DNA from: Myxococcota bacterium | GTDB lineage: Bacteria > Myxococcota_A > UBA796 > CAJQPC01 | DNA: 64,000 bases | Direction of reading: 5' to 3' | NCBI GenBank assembly: GCA_036229005.1 | Contig: JAZAMN010000004.1 | Span: forward strand, 115,902 to 179,901 | Shown: positions 8,715-19,050 of the stretch, one piece after another | Layout: every line of letters begins with the position of its first letter | Numbering within the stretch: the stretch's first letter is position 1 | Notes under the pieces: model-generated | What the model was told of the DNA's origin: nothing | Seen by the model: the letters and a program-made list of their open reading frames with translations, nothing else | Database searches by the model: none | Position numbers and translations under genes: made by a program

Positions 8715-9761
8715 TCAGAAGCGCAGCTTGTACCGAAGCTGGGCGCCCCAGTTGTCGCGCCCCCCGGCCCGCTCTTCACCGAATGCCTCGATGTTCCAGG
8801 AGCCGCCGTCGCTCTCGTTGCCGAAGCTGGTGCCTGCGGTGGCGCGCCAGGTGTCGTCCGAGTTGTACTGGCCGGTGGCGTAGTAGGAGGCGTTGCCGCC
8901 GTCGCCGTACTTGCCGCGCACCTCGGCGCCCAGGGAGTTCAGGGTCTTGTCGTCCTCCGTGACGCTCTGGCCAAAGAGCCGGGCGCTCAGGGAGTCGTTC
9001 TGGTAGGTCGCGGCCAGGGCGGCGGCGGTGCGCTCGTCGGAGTGGCTGTAGCTGCCCTCCAGGCCGTAGATCCCGCTGTCGGCGGTGTGCCTGATGTTGC
9101 CGTCCACCGAGTAGCTGCCGTCATCGACCGTGTAGGCGCCGTTGAGGGCCGCGGTCGTGTTGCCGCCCTGGTATCGGTAGCCCGCGGTGACCTCGCGGAC
9201 GGCGATGTCCAGGGTGCTGCCCAGGTCCAGGCCGGCCAGGATCGCGTGGCCTCCGCCCAGCCCCATCTTGTGCTCGACGGTGGGGATGTCCTGGTTGGTC
9301 AGGATGTAGGTGGCCACGCCCGCCAGGGCGGCCGCCAGCATGGAGTAGGGGGACCCCATGGCGTAGTCGGAGATCGCGTCGGTCACGCCGGTGTCGGCGA
9401 TCAGCTCGTTGACGCGAGGCTCCAGGGCCTGCTTGAGGGCGTCGCCGAACTGCCTGGCGATCGCCTGCTCGGAGGGCTCGGCCTGGGAGACCAGCCAGTC
9501 GCGCACGGAGCCGAAGGCGTCGTCGACCGCGCCCTGGGCCAGCTTCTCCAGCTTGTCGCGAGAGAGCTCCTTGTTGACCACCTTGAAGAGCTCGCCGCCC
9601 AGGAAGCTGCCCAGGGCCTGCTCGTAGGTCTGCTTGGCGCTCTGCAGCTTGAGCTGCTCGGCGTTGAAGGCGTTGTCACCCACCTGCGTGGGGGTGGCGG
9701 TCTCCACCACGGGCGTGGCGGTGGCCTGGGTTGTGCTCTGGCGCTGGGTCTGGGCGGGCAT
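8715..9761 (-). CDS. Hypothetical protein: helical N-half, beta-strand-rich C-half ending YKLRF
   Basis: Strong coding-like GC3 bias, 348 aa; no signal peptide or recognised family. Confidence 0.75.
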   Translation of the reverse strand: MPAQTQRQSTTQATATPVVETATPTQVGDNAFNAEQLKLQSAKQTYEQALGSFLGGELFKVVNKELSRDKLEKLAQGAVDDAFGSVRDWLVSQAEPSEQAIARQFGDALKQALEPRVNELIADTGVTDAISDYAMGSPYSMLAAALAGVATYILTNQDIPTVEHKMGLGGGHAILAGLDLGSTLDIAVREVTAGYRYQGGNTTAALNGAYTVDDGSYSVDGNIRHTADSGIYGLEGSYSHSDERTAAALAATYQNDSLSARLFGQSVTEDDKTLNSLGAEVRGKYGDGGNASYYATGQYNSDDTWRATAGTSFGNESDGGSWNIEAFGEERAGGRDNWGAQLRYKLRF

Positions 9762-9867
9762 GCGCGTTCCCTTCGGTGCTTCGCCCTAATATAGCGGCCC
9801 GGAGCCCCCTGCCGAGCAGGGAATCTGCCCGAGGCCCTTTCGGGGGCCTCTCACATCTGGGTTTCAT

Positions 9868-10365
9868 TCAGCCGTAGGGGGTGGGCTCCGGCTCCGCCTG
9901 GCGCGCGCGGTGGGCGCTCAGGACCTCCTGCACGTCGGAGCCCTCGGGCACGAACACCACCGCGTACCCGTTGACGCAGTGGCGCGTCCCGGTGGGCGTC
10001 TGCGGGGCGTCCTGGAAGATGTGGCCCAGGTGTCCGTCGCAGCGGCTGCAGCGCATCTCCGTGCGGATCCGGCCGTGGCTGGTGTCGCGGTAGGTGCGGA
10101 CCGCGCCCGGGGTGACCTCGTCGAAGAAGCTGGGCCAGCCGCAGCCCGAGTGGAACTTGTGCTGGGCGGTGTAGAGCGCCTGCCCGCAGCCGGCGCAGTG
10201 GTACATCCCGGCCTCCTCGTTGTCCAGGTAGCGGCCGGTCCCGGCGGGCTCCGTCGCGGCGTGGCGCAGGATGCGGTACTCGGTGGGGCTCAGAAGCTGC
10301 TGCCAGGTGGCGTCCTGGATGGCGGTGGCGTCGAGCTTGGGGTCCTGGGCGGGATCTTGGGCCAT
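9868..10365 (-). CDS. msrB: Peptide-methionine (R)-S-oxide reductase MsrB
   Basis: KFHSGCGWPSF, CxxC Zn ligands, GHLGHIF.D, RHCVN. Confidence 0.95.
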   Translation of the reverse strand: MAQDPAQDPKLDATAIQDATWQQLLSPTEYRILRHAATEPAGTGRYLDNEEAGMYHCAGCGQALYTAQHKFHSGCGWPSFFDEVTPGAVRTYRDTSHGRIRTEMRCSRCDGHLGHIFQDAPQTPTGTRHCVNGYAVVFVPEGSDVQEVLSAHRARQAEPEPTPYG

Positions 10366-10456
10366 GCAAACACTCCTGCGAATGTGGGCCATGAGCGCTT
10401 CGGGTTTGCGCCGGGCGGTCTCAACGATAGCCCCGATGCAGCGCCTGGAGCCGCCC

Positions 10457-11125
10457 ATGCCCGAGATCGTCCTTCACCACCTGGAATACTCCCGCTCGAC
10501 CCGCATCCTCTGGCTGCTGGAGGAGCTGGGGCTGGACTACACAATCCAGCGCTACGAGCGCGACGCGAACTTCCGGGCCGATCCCGCCCTCAAGCAGGTC
10601 CACCCCCTGGGCAAGGCCCCCGTGCTGGTGGTCGACGGCCTGGCCTTGGCCGAGTCGGGCGCCATCATGGAGTACGTCACCGCGCACCTGGCCGACGGTC
10701 GCCTGCGCCCCAGCGACCCCGTGGCCCTCCACCAGTTCCACTACTGGCTGCACTTTGCCGAGGGCACGCTGATGCCCACCCTGCTCATGAGCTTGGTGCA
10801 CACCAAGGCCCTGGGGGCCGTGCCCTTCTTCATCAAGTCGGTCGCCAAGGCCGTGCTCGGGGCCATCGGCAAGAACTTCTCGGACCCCGAGATCCGCAAG
10901 AACATGGGCTTCCTGGATCAGACCCTGGCCCAGGGGGGCCCTTGGATCCTGGGGGAGGAGCTGACCGCGGCCGACATGCAGCTCTGCTATCCCGCCGAGG
11001 CCGGCCTCTCCCGTGCACCACGGGGCAGCAGCTTCCCCGCGGTCGAGGACTGGCTGGGCCGAATCCGCGCCCGCCCCGCCTACCAGCGCGCCCTCGAGAA
11101 GGGCGGCCCCACCATGCCGGGCTAG
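10457..11125 (+). CDS. Glutathione S-transferase family protein
   Basis: LHHLEYSRSTRILWLLEELG, HPLGKAPVL, ESGAIMEY. Confidence 0.93.
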   Translation: MPEIVLHHLEYSRSTRILWLLEELGLDYTIQRYERDANFRADPALKQVHPLGKAPVLVVDGLALAESGAIMEYVTAHLADGRLRPSDPVALHQFHYWLHFAEGTLMPTLLMSLVHTKALGAVPFFIKSVAKAVLGAIGKNFSDPEIRKNMGFLDQTLAQGGPWILGEELTAADMQLCYPAEAGLSRAPRGSSFPAVEDWLGRIRARPAYQRALEKGGPTMPG

Positions 11126-11154
11126 GCGGGGCCGCGGTCCTCAGACCCAGGGCC

Positions 11155-12378
11155 TCAGATCAGGCCCTTGAGCACCGCCAGCACCTGGTCGATGTCGGCC
11201 TCGGTGTGGGCGGCGTTGATCTGGAAGCGGATGCACTGATCGCCCTGGGGCACCACCGGGAAGTTCAGGCCCACCACCAGCACGCCGCCGTCCGTGAAGC
11301 CTTGGACCATGGCCCGGGTCTTCTCGGTGTCGCGCACCATCAGGGGCACCACGGGGTGCTCGCCGGGGATGCTCTCCAGGCCCAGGTCGGCCAGCCCCTG
11401 ACGGAACTGGGCGATGCGGGCCTGCACGTTCTCCAGCCGCTCGATGCCCTCGGGCGAGTCCGCGATGTCCACGGCGGCCTTGGCGGCGGCGCAGTCGGCC
11501 ACGGACAGGGGGTTGGTGTAGATGTAGGTGTCGGCCTTCTGGCGCACGGCCTCGACCACGGCCTCGCTGGCGGCCACGAAGCCGCCGTTCACGCCGAAGG
11601 CCTTGCCGAAGGTGCCGACCACGATGTCCACCTGCTCGCCGCAGATCTCCTCGGTGCCGCGGCCGGTGGCCCCGTAGGCGCCGATGCCGTGGGAGTCGTC
11701 GACCACGGTGACCAGGCCCTCGGCGAAGCGCTCGCGGTGGGGGGCCAGGATGCGGTTGATCTCCGCGATGGGGGCGTGGTCGCCGCGCATGGAGAACACG
11801 CCGTCAAAGATGACGACCACGCGCTCGATGCCCTCGGGCACGGACTCGATGGCGGCCTTCAGCTCGGCCATGTCGTTGTGCTTGAAGATGGCCTTGTTGG
11901 CCCGGGGCACGCCGGCGATGCGCATCGCGCGGATGATGCAGTTGTGGTTCAGCTCGTCCCCGATCCAGAAGGTCTTCTTGTTCTGGAGGGCCAGGGCCAG
12001 CCCCAGGTTGGTCGTGTACGCCGAGTTGAAGATCTTGGCGGCGGGCCTCCCGCAGAAGGCCGCGATGCGGTCCTCCAGCTCCACGTGCGCGGAGAAGGTG
12101 CCGTCGATGAAGCGCACCGCGCCGGGGCCTGCCCCGAACTTGTGGGTCGCGTCGTCTGCAGCCCGGGTCACCTGGGGGTGGTGGCTCAGGGAGAGGTAGG
12201 AGTTGGAGTTCATGCGGATGAACTCCTGGTCGTACCCGGCCAGCTTGTAGCGGGGGCCGAAGGCGCCCTGGGGGGGCTTGTAGTCCACGATGACCCGCTC
12301 GGGGGCCTTGGCGCGGCCCTCCTCTTGAAGGCGGGCGACTTCCTTGCGCAGACCGGCGTCCAGCAGCTCGATGCTCAT
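11155..12378 (-). CDS. PLP-dependent alpha-oxoamine synthase family (Kbl/BioF-like)
   Basis: NSYLSL, DELNHNCI, DGVFSMRG, VDDSHG, GTFGKAFG (PLP Lys). Confidence 0.88.
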   Translation of the reverse strand: MSIELLDAGLRKEVARLQEEGRAKAPERVIVDYKPPQGAFGPRYKLAGYDQEFIRMNSNSYLSLSHHPQVTRAADDATHKFGAGPGAVRFIDGTFSAHVELEDRIAAFCGRPAAKIFNSAYTTNLGLALALQNKKTFWIGDELNHNCIIRAMRIAGVPRANKAIFKHNDMAELKAAIESVPEGIERVVVIFDGVFSMRGDHAPIAEINRILAPHRERFAEGLVTVVDDSHGIGAYGATGRGTEEICGEQVDIVVGTFGKAFGVNGGFVAASEAVVEAVRQKADTYIYTNPLSVADCAAAKAAVDIADSPEGIERLENVQARIAQFRQGLADLGLESIPGEHPVVPLMVRDTEKTRAMVQGFTDGGVLVVGLNFPVVPQGDQCIRFQINAAHTEADIDQVLAVLKGLI

Positions 12379-12461
12379 GCGGCTCTCCTGTGCTCGATGG
12401 GAGCGAAGCCTATCGGGTTGGCCTGGGTGTGTGGGGCGGCCCTGGCGGATATGCACAGGGC

Positions 12462-12938
12462 ATGGACAAGTCGGAGCTGATCGCGGCCTGGAAGCAGGTC
12501 CTGGAAGAGCGCCTGGCGCGCGCGGAGCGTGGACAGGCAGAGGCCACCGCGGGCACTCGGGTGGACGGATCTCACCGGCCCGCCAACCGGGGCGAGCGAG
12601 GCGCGGTCACGGCCCAGGGCTACCTGGCGCATGGTCTGGGCCAGCGGGCGCTGGAGCTGGCCGAGGCCCTGCGCATCCTGGACGAGGTGGGCAGCGAGCC
12701 CCGCGAGCGCGTCGTGGTCGGCGCCCTGGTGGAGCTGGCTGAAGACGACCAGCCCTTCTGGATCGCCGTGCTCCCTGGGGGGGACGCGAGCGAGGTGGCT
12801 CTGGGTGCCCACAGCATCAAGGTCCTCAGCGCCCAGGCGCCGCTTGTACGCGCCTTGTCTGGACGGGAGCCCGACGACGAGGTCACCCTGGCGCTGACCG
12901 GCCGGCAGCGCGTGCTGGAGATCCTGCAGGTGCTCTGA
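12462..12938 (+). CDS. GreA/GreB family elongation-factor-like protein
   Basis: Coiled-coil N-terminus then GreA C-terminal pattern VVVGALV...VLSAQAPLVRALSG. Confidence 0.75.
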   Translation: MDKSELIAAWKQVLEERLARAERGQAEATAGTRVDGSHRPANRGERGAVTAQGYLAHGLGQRALELAEALRILDEVGSEPRERVVVGALVELAEDDQPFWIAVLPGGDASEVALGAHSIKVLSAQAPLVRALSGREPDDEVTLALTGRQRVLEILQVL

Positions 12939-12999
12939 GCCCTGGGCACTGGGCGCTGAGCCGTGGGGACTGGGCGCGGGGGACTGGGTCCCCGAGCGC

Positions 13000-14346
13000 T
13001 CAGTCCCGGCGGCGCCGGATCTCGACCACCGTGGGGGTGGAGGCCTTGTTGCGGGGCTTGCGCCTCCGGCGCTGCTTGGGTGGGCTGCTGTTGTCCTCGC
13101 TGGCGCTGCGGGGCTTGCGGGTGCTCTGGCGGGGTTTGGATGCCGAGGCGGTGGGCCCCGAAGTGTCCGGACGGCCACCGCTCCGCTTCTTCCGCCGACC
13201 CTCGCTGGTGCGTTCATTGCGCCCCTGATTGGGGCTGTCGCTGCGCCGGTCGTCGTGGGTGTCGTTGCCGCGCCGCTTGCGCTGCTGACCCTGGGACTGG
13301 GCGGCCTGATCCTCGGAGCGGGGGCCCCGACGCTTGCGATTTCGGCTGCGCTTGTTGTTGTCGCCCTGGCGCTCGGAGCGGGGCTTGGCGTCGCCGCCAG
13401 AGCTGTCTTTGCCGGGGGCGGACTTCTGCTGGCTGCGCTTGTCGCTGCGGCGCTTGAAGCGGGCCACCTGGGCCTGACGCTCGCGCTCGTCATCGTCGGG
13501 CTCTTCGAGGCCCAGAGCGACGCGGCGCTGGAAGTCGGCGCGGGCGGCCGCCGCGATCTCGTCGAGCACGGACTGGACGTTGGCCTTGTGGTCGCTGCCG
13601 CGGAACTTGCCGGTGAGCTCGGTGTACGGGGTGAGGTCGTTCTTCTCGTAGAGGTCCCACATCTCTTCGGCGTAGCGGGTCTTGCGCAGGCGCGGCTCCC
13701 AGCGGGAGAGGAAGAGGGTGAGGTTCTTGACGTCCCGGATCAGCAGCTTCTTGGCGTTCCGGTTGTGGGCCGGGTCCACCGCCTGGGGGAAGTCGATGAT
13801 GACGGGCTCTTCGGGGCTGAGCAGGACGTTGAAGTCCGAGAGGTCCCCGTGCACCACGCCAGCGCAGAGCATGCGCTGCACATCCTTGAGCAGGATGTGG
13901 AAGAGCTCGCGGGCCTGCTTCTTGGAGAGCTCCACGTCGCAGAGTCGCGGCGCGGGGCCACCATCGGCGCCCTTGATGAGCTCCATGATGAGCACGCCCT
14001 CCACAAAGTCGTAGGGCTCGGGGACGCGCACGCCGGCGGCGTTCAGGCGGTAGATGGTGTCGACCTCGGCGTTGCGCCAGGCCTCCTCCTCCTGCTCGCG
14101 GCCGAACCTGGAGCGCCGGCTCATGGCCCGTTGGCTGCGGGTGTTCCGAGTCTTTCGGCCCTCGGTGTATTCAGCCCGGTGTTTGAAGCTGCGGTGGTTG
14201 GCGCTCTTGTAGAGCTTGGCCACGCGCAGCTCATCGTCGGAGACGACCAGGTAGACCTCGGCCTCTTTGCCGGCCATCAGGGGGCGGACCACCTCTTGGA
14301 TGGCTCCCTGGTCCAGCAGCAGCCCGAGCCGCTCATTTGCCCGCAT
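13000..14346 (-). CDS. RIO1-family atypical protein kinase with basic disordered C-terminal tail
   Basis: LMAGKEAEVY, VAKLYK, VHGDLSDFNVL, IIDFPQAVD. Confidence 0.92.
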   Translation of the reverse strand: MRANERLGLLLDQGAIQEVVRPLMAGKEAEVYLVVSDDELRVAKLYKSANHRSFKHRAEYTEGRKTRNTRSQRAMSRRSRFGREQEEEAWRNAEVDTIYRLNAAGVRVPEPYDFVEGVLIMELIKGADGGPAPRLCDVELSKKQARELFHILLKDVQRMLCAGVVHGDLSDFNVLLSPEEPVIIDFPQAVDPAHNRNAKKLLIRDVKNLTLFLSRWEPRLRKTRYAEEMWDLYEKNDLTPYTELTGKFRGSDHKANVQSVLDEIAAAARADFQRRVALGLEEPDDDERERQAQVARFKRRSDKRSQQKSAPGKDSSGGDAKPRSERQGDNNKRSRNRKRRGPRSEDQAAQSQGQQRKRRGNDTHDDRRSDSPNQGRNERTSEGRRKKRSGGRPDTSGPTASASKPRQSTRKPRSASEDNSSPPKQRRRRKPRNKASTPTVVEIRRRRD

Positions 14347-14375
14347 TCAGCGTCCTCTCCCGGTGGGGGGTTTGC

Positions 14376-15635
14376 TCAGGGGATCGGACCCAGGGTGATG
14401 GTCCCTTGATCCTGGGGTTCACTACTAACCAGAGCGTAGGTGCCTGCGCCCGCGCCAAGGAGCGCGAGGCCACCGACGCCCGCCCACAGACCCCAGCGGG
14501 GGCCCTCCTTGGACACCGAGGGGCCGGTCTCCTGGGGCGTGGTCGCGACCGCGGCTGCGGAGGGGGTCAGGAGCATCTCGCTGAGCAGCGCGTTGTCGTT
14601 GGGGGCCAGGGCCGGCACGTCGAAGGCCACGCGATCGGGGCGGATGTCGCCGGTGCCGGTGACGTAGCTGCCCATGGCGGGGACCAGGCTCTGGAGCGCC
14701 AGCACGGGGTCTTCGCCGGCGGGGGCGCTCAGGGACTGTGAGAAGTTGCCCGAGCGGCTGCTGTAGAGCGCGAGCACGACCTGATCGCCGACCTGACCGC
14801 CCAGGAAGACCAGGGGGGTCTGCGCGTAGGCGCCCACGGCCCGGTAGAGGCTGTCGGTCTGGCGCATGTGCAGGTTGGCGTCGTCGCTGGCCTCCGCGAG
14901 GCTCATGCCCAGCTTGACGTTGACGGTGGTGGAGCGGCCGGCGCTGACCTCGGTCGCTTCGACGTAGCGAGCGCCTTCGGTGCCCTCGACGTAGACGTAG
15001 TGGCGCCCGGGGGGGAGCCCGGTGACCATCTCCGCGTCTGCGGGGAGGCCATCCACGAGCACCTTGCTGCCCTTGGGGGCGCGGATGGCCAGAGTGCCGG
15101 TGCCCGCCTCGACCTGTGCGGCCTTGGCGGCCTCGAAGGCCTCGATCACGTCGGGGGGGTAGGTCAGGGTGTCGAGCTCGCGGCGGGGGGCCAGCACGGC
15201 GGCCTTGGCGAGCGCCTCCTGGGCCTGGGCGGTCTCCCCCAGGCCGGAGAGGGCGAGCCCCAAGGTCAGGTAGGCCTCGACCAGCTCGCTGGGATCGCCG
15301 GAGATGGAGGCGCCCCCCTCCAGGACCTCGACCGCGCCCTGGAGCATGCCCAAGGCGGCGTCGGGATCGGCGTTGGCGTAGAGCACGCGGCCCTGGTCAA
15401 GCAGATCGCGCCCCTCGCTCAGGGCGAAGGCCTCCAGGACGAGATCCTCACGACCGGCCAGGCGGGTGGAGATGGTGTCCGGGCCGACGCCCTCCATGTT
15501 CCCGGTCGCGCTCAGGGCCTGGGCGAGATCGACGCTGACCTCACGGGACGCGGCTGCGTCCAGACCGGGGATGTGGAGGCCGACGACCGCGACCTCGGGA
15601 GATGCGAAGGCGGCAGGCGCCAACAAGAGCCACAT
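14376..15635 (-). CDS. PEGA-domain exported membrane-anchored protein
   Basis: Signal peptide, TPR-like helices, GSKVLVDG...GLPPGRHYV PEGA, C-terminal TM. Confidence 0.8.
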   Translation of the reverse strand: MWLLLAPAAFASPEVAVVGLHIPGLDAAASREVSVDLAQALSATGNMEGVGPDTISTRLAGREDLVLEAFALSEGRDLLDQGRVLYANADPDAALGMLQGAVEVLEGGASISGDPSELVEAYLTLGLALSGLGETAQAQEALAKAAVLAPRRELDTLTYPPDVIEAFEAAKAAQVEAGTGTLAIRAPKGSKVLVDGLPADAEMVTGLPPGRHYVYVEGTEGARYVEATEVSAGRSTTVNVKLGMSLAEASDDANLHMRQTDSLYRAVGAYAQTPLVFLGGQVGDQVVLALYSSRSGNFSQSLSAPAGEDPVLALQSLVPAMGSYVTGTGDIRPDRVAFDVPALAPNDNALLSEMLLTPSAAAVATTPQETGPSVSKEGPRWGLWAGVGGLALLGAGAGTYALVSSEPQDQGTITLGPIP

Positions 15636-15731
15636 AGAGCCCCTCCATTGCGCTCAGTGTAGCTCGGACGACGGGGTGGACGGAAGCGAGCTTCTGGAAG
15701 GCTTGCGCAGGGGAGGGGTTATCTGGTGTCG

Positions 15732-17153
15732 ATGAAGCTCTTGTTGCTGTTGGCCTCGCTGGCCTGGTCCGCCGATCCCGAGCAGCTCATGCGCGAAGGA
15801 CGCCCCGTCCAGGCGCTGGAGGCTGCCCAGGCGCAGGTTCGCGAGACCCCCGACGATGTCGAGGACCACGAGCTGCTGATCGACCTGATGTTCTCGCTGG
15901 GGCTGGGGATCCAGGGGGAGCTCGCCTACCTGCAGTTCGCGGACGACAACCCAGGCAACCCCATGGCCTGGTACCTGCTCGGGCGCGCCGCGCTGGATCC
16001 GGTGCGGGCGAACACGGCGTACGCAAAGGCCCTGAGCCTGGACCCGACCTATGCGCGGGCGATGATGGGGCTCGCGGCCCTCCAGCGGGCGCAGGGGAAC
16101 ACCGCCGATGCCGAGAAGCTGTACCGACAGGCGCTGGAGCTGGACAAGTCCCTGAGCGAGGCCTGGTCGGGCCTGGGGGCCTGTCTGGTGCAGCAGGAGC
16201 GCCACGCGGAGGCTCTGGACAACGCGCTCGCGGCGATGGCGGCGATCCCCTACGATCGCGAGGGCTACCTGGCGGCCGCTGTGCTGGAGCCCGACATGGC
16301 CCTGCAGCACCTGCAGCGGGGCGTGAAGGCCAACCCCAATGACCCCGAGCTGCTGGCGGCGCTGGGCAAGCTGCAGATCGGCGCGGGTGAATACAAGGCG
16401 GCCCGCGAGAGCCTGGACAAGGCCCTGGCTGCCAGCCCCGCGGACCCGCAAGCGAACTACGACCGAGCGGTCGTGGGGGAGCTGGAGAGGGGCACCCTGG
16501 ACGCCGCGGGACTCTCCCGCCTGATGCGCGCGCGGGCCCTGGGGGAGAAGGCCCCCGTCGCCGCGCAGATCGAGGTCGACGCCCTGATCCAGGACTACCC
16601 CGACTGCTACCTGGTCTTCCTGCTCGACGGGATGATGAAGGTGGAGGCCGGCCGCAAGACGGAGGCCCTGGACTCCCTCAACAAGGCGCTGGAGCTGGCC
16701 CCGGAGAGCCCGGATGTGCTGGGCACGATGGGGCTGCTGCTGCTGGCGCTGAACGACCCCCAGCGGGCCTATCCCTTGCTGGACAAGGCCTACAAGGCGC
16801 GGTCCTGGGACGTCGAGCTGGGGGTCTCCGCCGGGATGGCGGCCGCCGGGGCGCTCGGGGCCAACGCCGGGGTGACCTACCTGGGGCAGGTCGCCGAGGC
16901 GCACCCCACCGAGCTCTCCCCGATCATGGCGCTGGTGAGCCTGCTCACGCAGGTGGGCCGGACGGACGCCGCGTACCATGTGCTGGCGCGCGCCACCGAG
17001 CGCTTCCCGCACCCCACGCTGCTGCTCTCCAAGGCGGCGGCGGCTCAGGATCTGGGCAGGCGGGAGGAGGCGGCCGCCATCCTCGAGGAGCTCTTCCAGT
17101 TGACCGGCGATCCCAAGTACGAGCAGATGGCCCAGGAGCTGCGGGCTCAGTGA
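15732..17153 (+). CDS. Exported tetratricopeptide-repeat protein
   Basis: Signal peptide; repeated TPR consensus (AWYLLG, YAKALSLDP, YRQALELD, KALELAP). Confidence 0.88.
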   Translation: MKLLLLLASLAWSADPEQLMREGRPVQALEAAQAQVRETPDDVEDHELLIDLMFSLGLGIQGELAYLQFADDNPGNPMAWYLLGRAALDPVRANTAYAKALSLDPTYARAMMGLAALQRAQGNTADAEKLYRQALELDKSLSEAWSGLGACLVQQERHAEALDNALAAMAAIPYDREGYLAAAVLEPDMALQHLQRGVKANPNDPELLAALGKLQIGAGEYKAARESLDKALAASPADPQANYDRAVVGELERGTLDAAGLSRLMRARALGEKAPVAAQIEVDALIQDYPDCYLVFLLDGMMKVEAGRKTEALDSLNKALELAPESPDVLGTMGLLLLALNDPQRAYPLLDKAYKARSWDVELGVSAGMAAAGALGANAGVTYLGQVAEAHPTELSPIMALVSLLTQVGRTDAAYHVLARATERFPHPTLLLSKAAAAQDLGRREEAAAILEELFQLTGDPKYEQMAQELRAQ

Positions 17154-17533
17154 GCGCCGACTCCGACTGTGCGCTGCGGCTGATGGAGGTGGTGGTCCCC
17201 TGCGTCCGCTACCGCAGCACCCGCTTCTTCTACGAGCACGTGTTGGGGCTGGAGCCCGCCAGCGAGGGCCGGAACCACGTGTTCTTTGCCTGCGGCGGCG
17301 CCCAGCTCGCCCTGGTCAACGCCTCCGGGGGAGACCCCATGGTCAAGCCTAGCGGCCACGGGATCTACCTGGACCTTGAGGCCCGGGACCTGCAGAGCCT
17401 CAAGCGGCGCTGTCAGCGGGAGGGCATCCAGCTCCTGGATGAGCGCCGGGACGAGCACGGTCGGGCCATCACGCTGCGGGACCCGGAGGGCAACCTGCTC
17501 AACGTCTTCCAGGCCGGCACGGTGGGCGCGTGA
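17150..17533 (+). CDS. VOC/glyoxalase family protein
   Basis: FYEHVLGL and RDPEGNLL motifs. Confidence 0.85.
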   Translation: MSADSDCALRLMEVVVPCVRYRSTRFFYEHVLGLEPASEGRNHVFFACGGAQLALVNASGGDPMVKPSGHGIYLDLEARDLQSLKRRCQREGIQLLDERRDEHGRAITLRDPEGNLLNVFQAGTVGA

Positions 17534-17943
17534 GCTCCCTGGCGCTGGCCCTGGTCCTCTCGGGTCTGTCCCGGGCGGACACCGGCCTGGCCCCGGACCC
17601 GCCCACCGACCCGCTGCCCATCCACGGTGAGGACAGCGACGACGACGGCTGGATCGACGACGTCGACTGCAACCCCCTGAACGCCTCGATCTACCCAGGC
17701 GCGCCCGAGGTCTGCAACGGCCACGACTCCGACTGCAACGGCTTGGTCGACGACATCGACGAGGTCTGCGGGGACCGCTCCGACAACGACTGCGACGCCC
17801 AGGTCGACGAGGGCTGCGGGCTCTGCAACGCGCCGCCAGACACCGGGCTGCAGTCCGGAGTTGGCTGGATCTTCGCCGTGCTGCTGATCTCCGGCGCATT
17901 GAGCCGCCGTTCGGTGGCTCGCCGCGGGCCGCCGCTATACTGA
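17530..17943 (+). CDS. Cys/Asp-rich MopE-like metal-binding-motif protein with C-terminal sorting tail
   Basis: DCN....IYPGAPEVCNGHDSDCNG, DNDCDAQVDEG; GC-hydrophobic-RR tail. Confidence 0.8.
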   Translation: MSSLALALVLSGLSRADTGLAPDPPTDPLPIHGEDSDDDGWIDDVDCNPLNASIYPGAPEVCNGHDSDCNGLVDDIDEVCGDRSDNDCDAQVDEGCGLCNAPPDTGLQSGVGWIFAVLLISGALSRRSVARRGPPLY

Positions 17944-17953
17944 ACAGGCCTCC

Positions 17954-18451
17954 ATGTTGGTCTTGGGTATCGATCCTGGCTCCACGGTCACCGGCTACGG
18001 GCTGGTGCGGCGGGAGCGTGGGCGCTACCGGCTGGTGCACGCTGGCGCGGTGAAGACCCGCAGCAAGGACCCCATCCCCCAGCGCCTGCACGAGATCCAC
18101 GGGGAGCTGGTCGCTGTGATCCAGGCCTGGAGCCCCGACACCGTGGCCATCGAGGCCATCTTCCGGCACAAGTCCAGCGAGTCCGCGCTGCGCCTGGGGC
18201 AGGCCCGCGGGGTCGCCCTGCTCGCCGCCGCCTCCGCCCAGCGACCCATCTTCGAGTACAACGCCATGACAGTGAAGAAGTCGGTGACCGGCTCCGGTCG
18301 GGCTGACAAGAAGCAGATCCGCCGGGTGGTGGGGATGCTCACCGGGGCCGACTTCAGCGGGCTGCCCGACGACGCCGCGGACGCGGTGGCCATCGCCATC
18401 ACGCACCTCGCGCATGCCCCCCACCACGCTGCTGTAGAGAGGCTGCGATGA
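17954..18451 (+). CDS. ruvC: Holliday junction resolvase RuvC
   Basis: LGIDPG, AIE, LGQARGV, GSGRADK, DDAADA. Confidence 0.97.
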   Translation: MLVLGIDPGSTVTGYGLVRRERGRYRLVHAGAVKTRSKDPIPQRLHEIHGELVAVIQAWSPDTVAIEAIFRHKSSESALRLGQARGVALLAAASAQRPIFEYNAMTVKKSVTGSGRADKKQIRRVVGMLTGADFSGLPDDAADAVAIAITHLAHAPHHAAVERLR

Positions 18452-19050
18452 TCGCGATGTTGAGAGGCGAGGTTGTCGAGAAGGACGAGAGCCTCCTCAT
18501 CCTGGACGTCTCCGGTGTGGGCTACGCGGTGTCCGTGGGCAGCGCCATGGCCGCTCGAACGGGGCTCGGGGAGACTCTCACCTTCTCGATCAGCACCCAG
18601 GTCCGCGAGGACTCCATCACCCTCTACGGCTTCGAGGACAGCCACGGCCGGCGCCTCTTCGAGCAGCTCCTGAGCGTGTCCGGCGTCGGGCCCAAGATGG
18701 GCATGGCGCTCATCGACACCCTGGGCTTCAAGGGCCTGATCCGCGCCCTCCAGGAGGAGGACGCCCGCGCCCTCACCGCGGTCTCCGGTGTCGGCAAGAA
18801 GACCGCCCAGCGCCTGCTGCTGGAGATGCGCGGCAAGGTCAGCATGCCCTTCATCCCGGGCCCCGCTGCGGGCGTCACCACCGCCCCGGCTGCCGCTGAA
18901 GACCCCCTGCGCCTGGCGCTGGCCCGCCTGGGCTACCGCAAGTCCGAGATCGACCGCGCCGTCTCCGGGGTGGAAGAGGCCGGCGAAGGCAACCACAACC
19001 TGCAGGCCCGCCTCTCCGCGGCGCTGCGCGTCCTCTCGGGGAGGACCTGA
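18448..19050 (+). CDS. ruvA: Holliday junction helicase subunit RuvA
   Basis: [28 protein letters not shown]. Confidence 0.97.
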   Translation: MIAMLRGEVVEKDESLLILDVSGVGYAVSVGSAMAARTGLGETLTFSISTQVREDSITLYGFEDSHGRRLFEQLLSVSGVGPKMGMALIDTLGFKGLIRALQEEDARALTAVSGVGKKTAQRLLLEMRGKVSMPFIPGPAAGVTTAPAAAEDPLRLALARLGYRKSEIDRAVSGVEEAGEGNHNLQARLSAALRVLSGRT

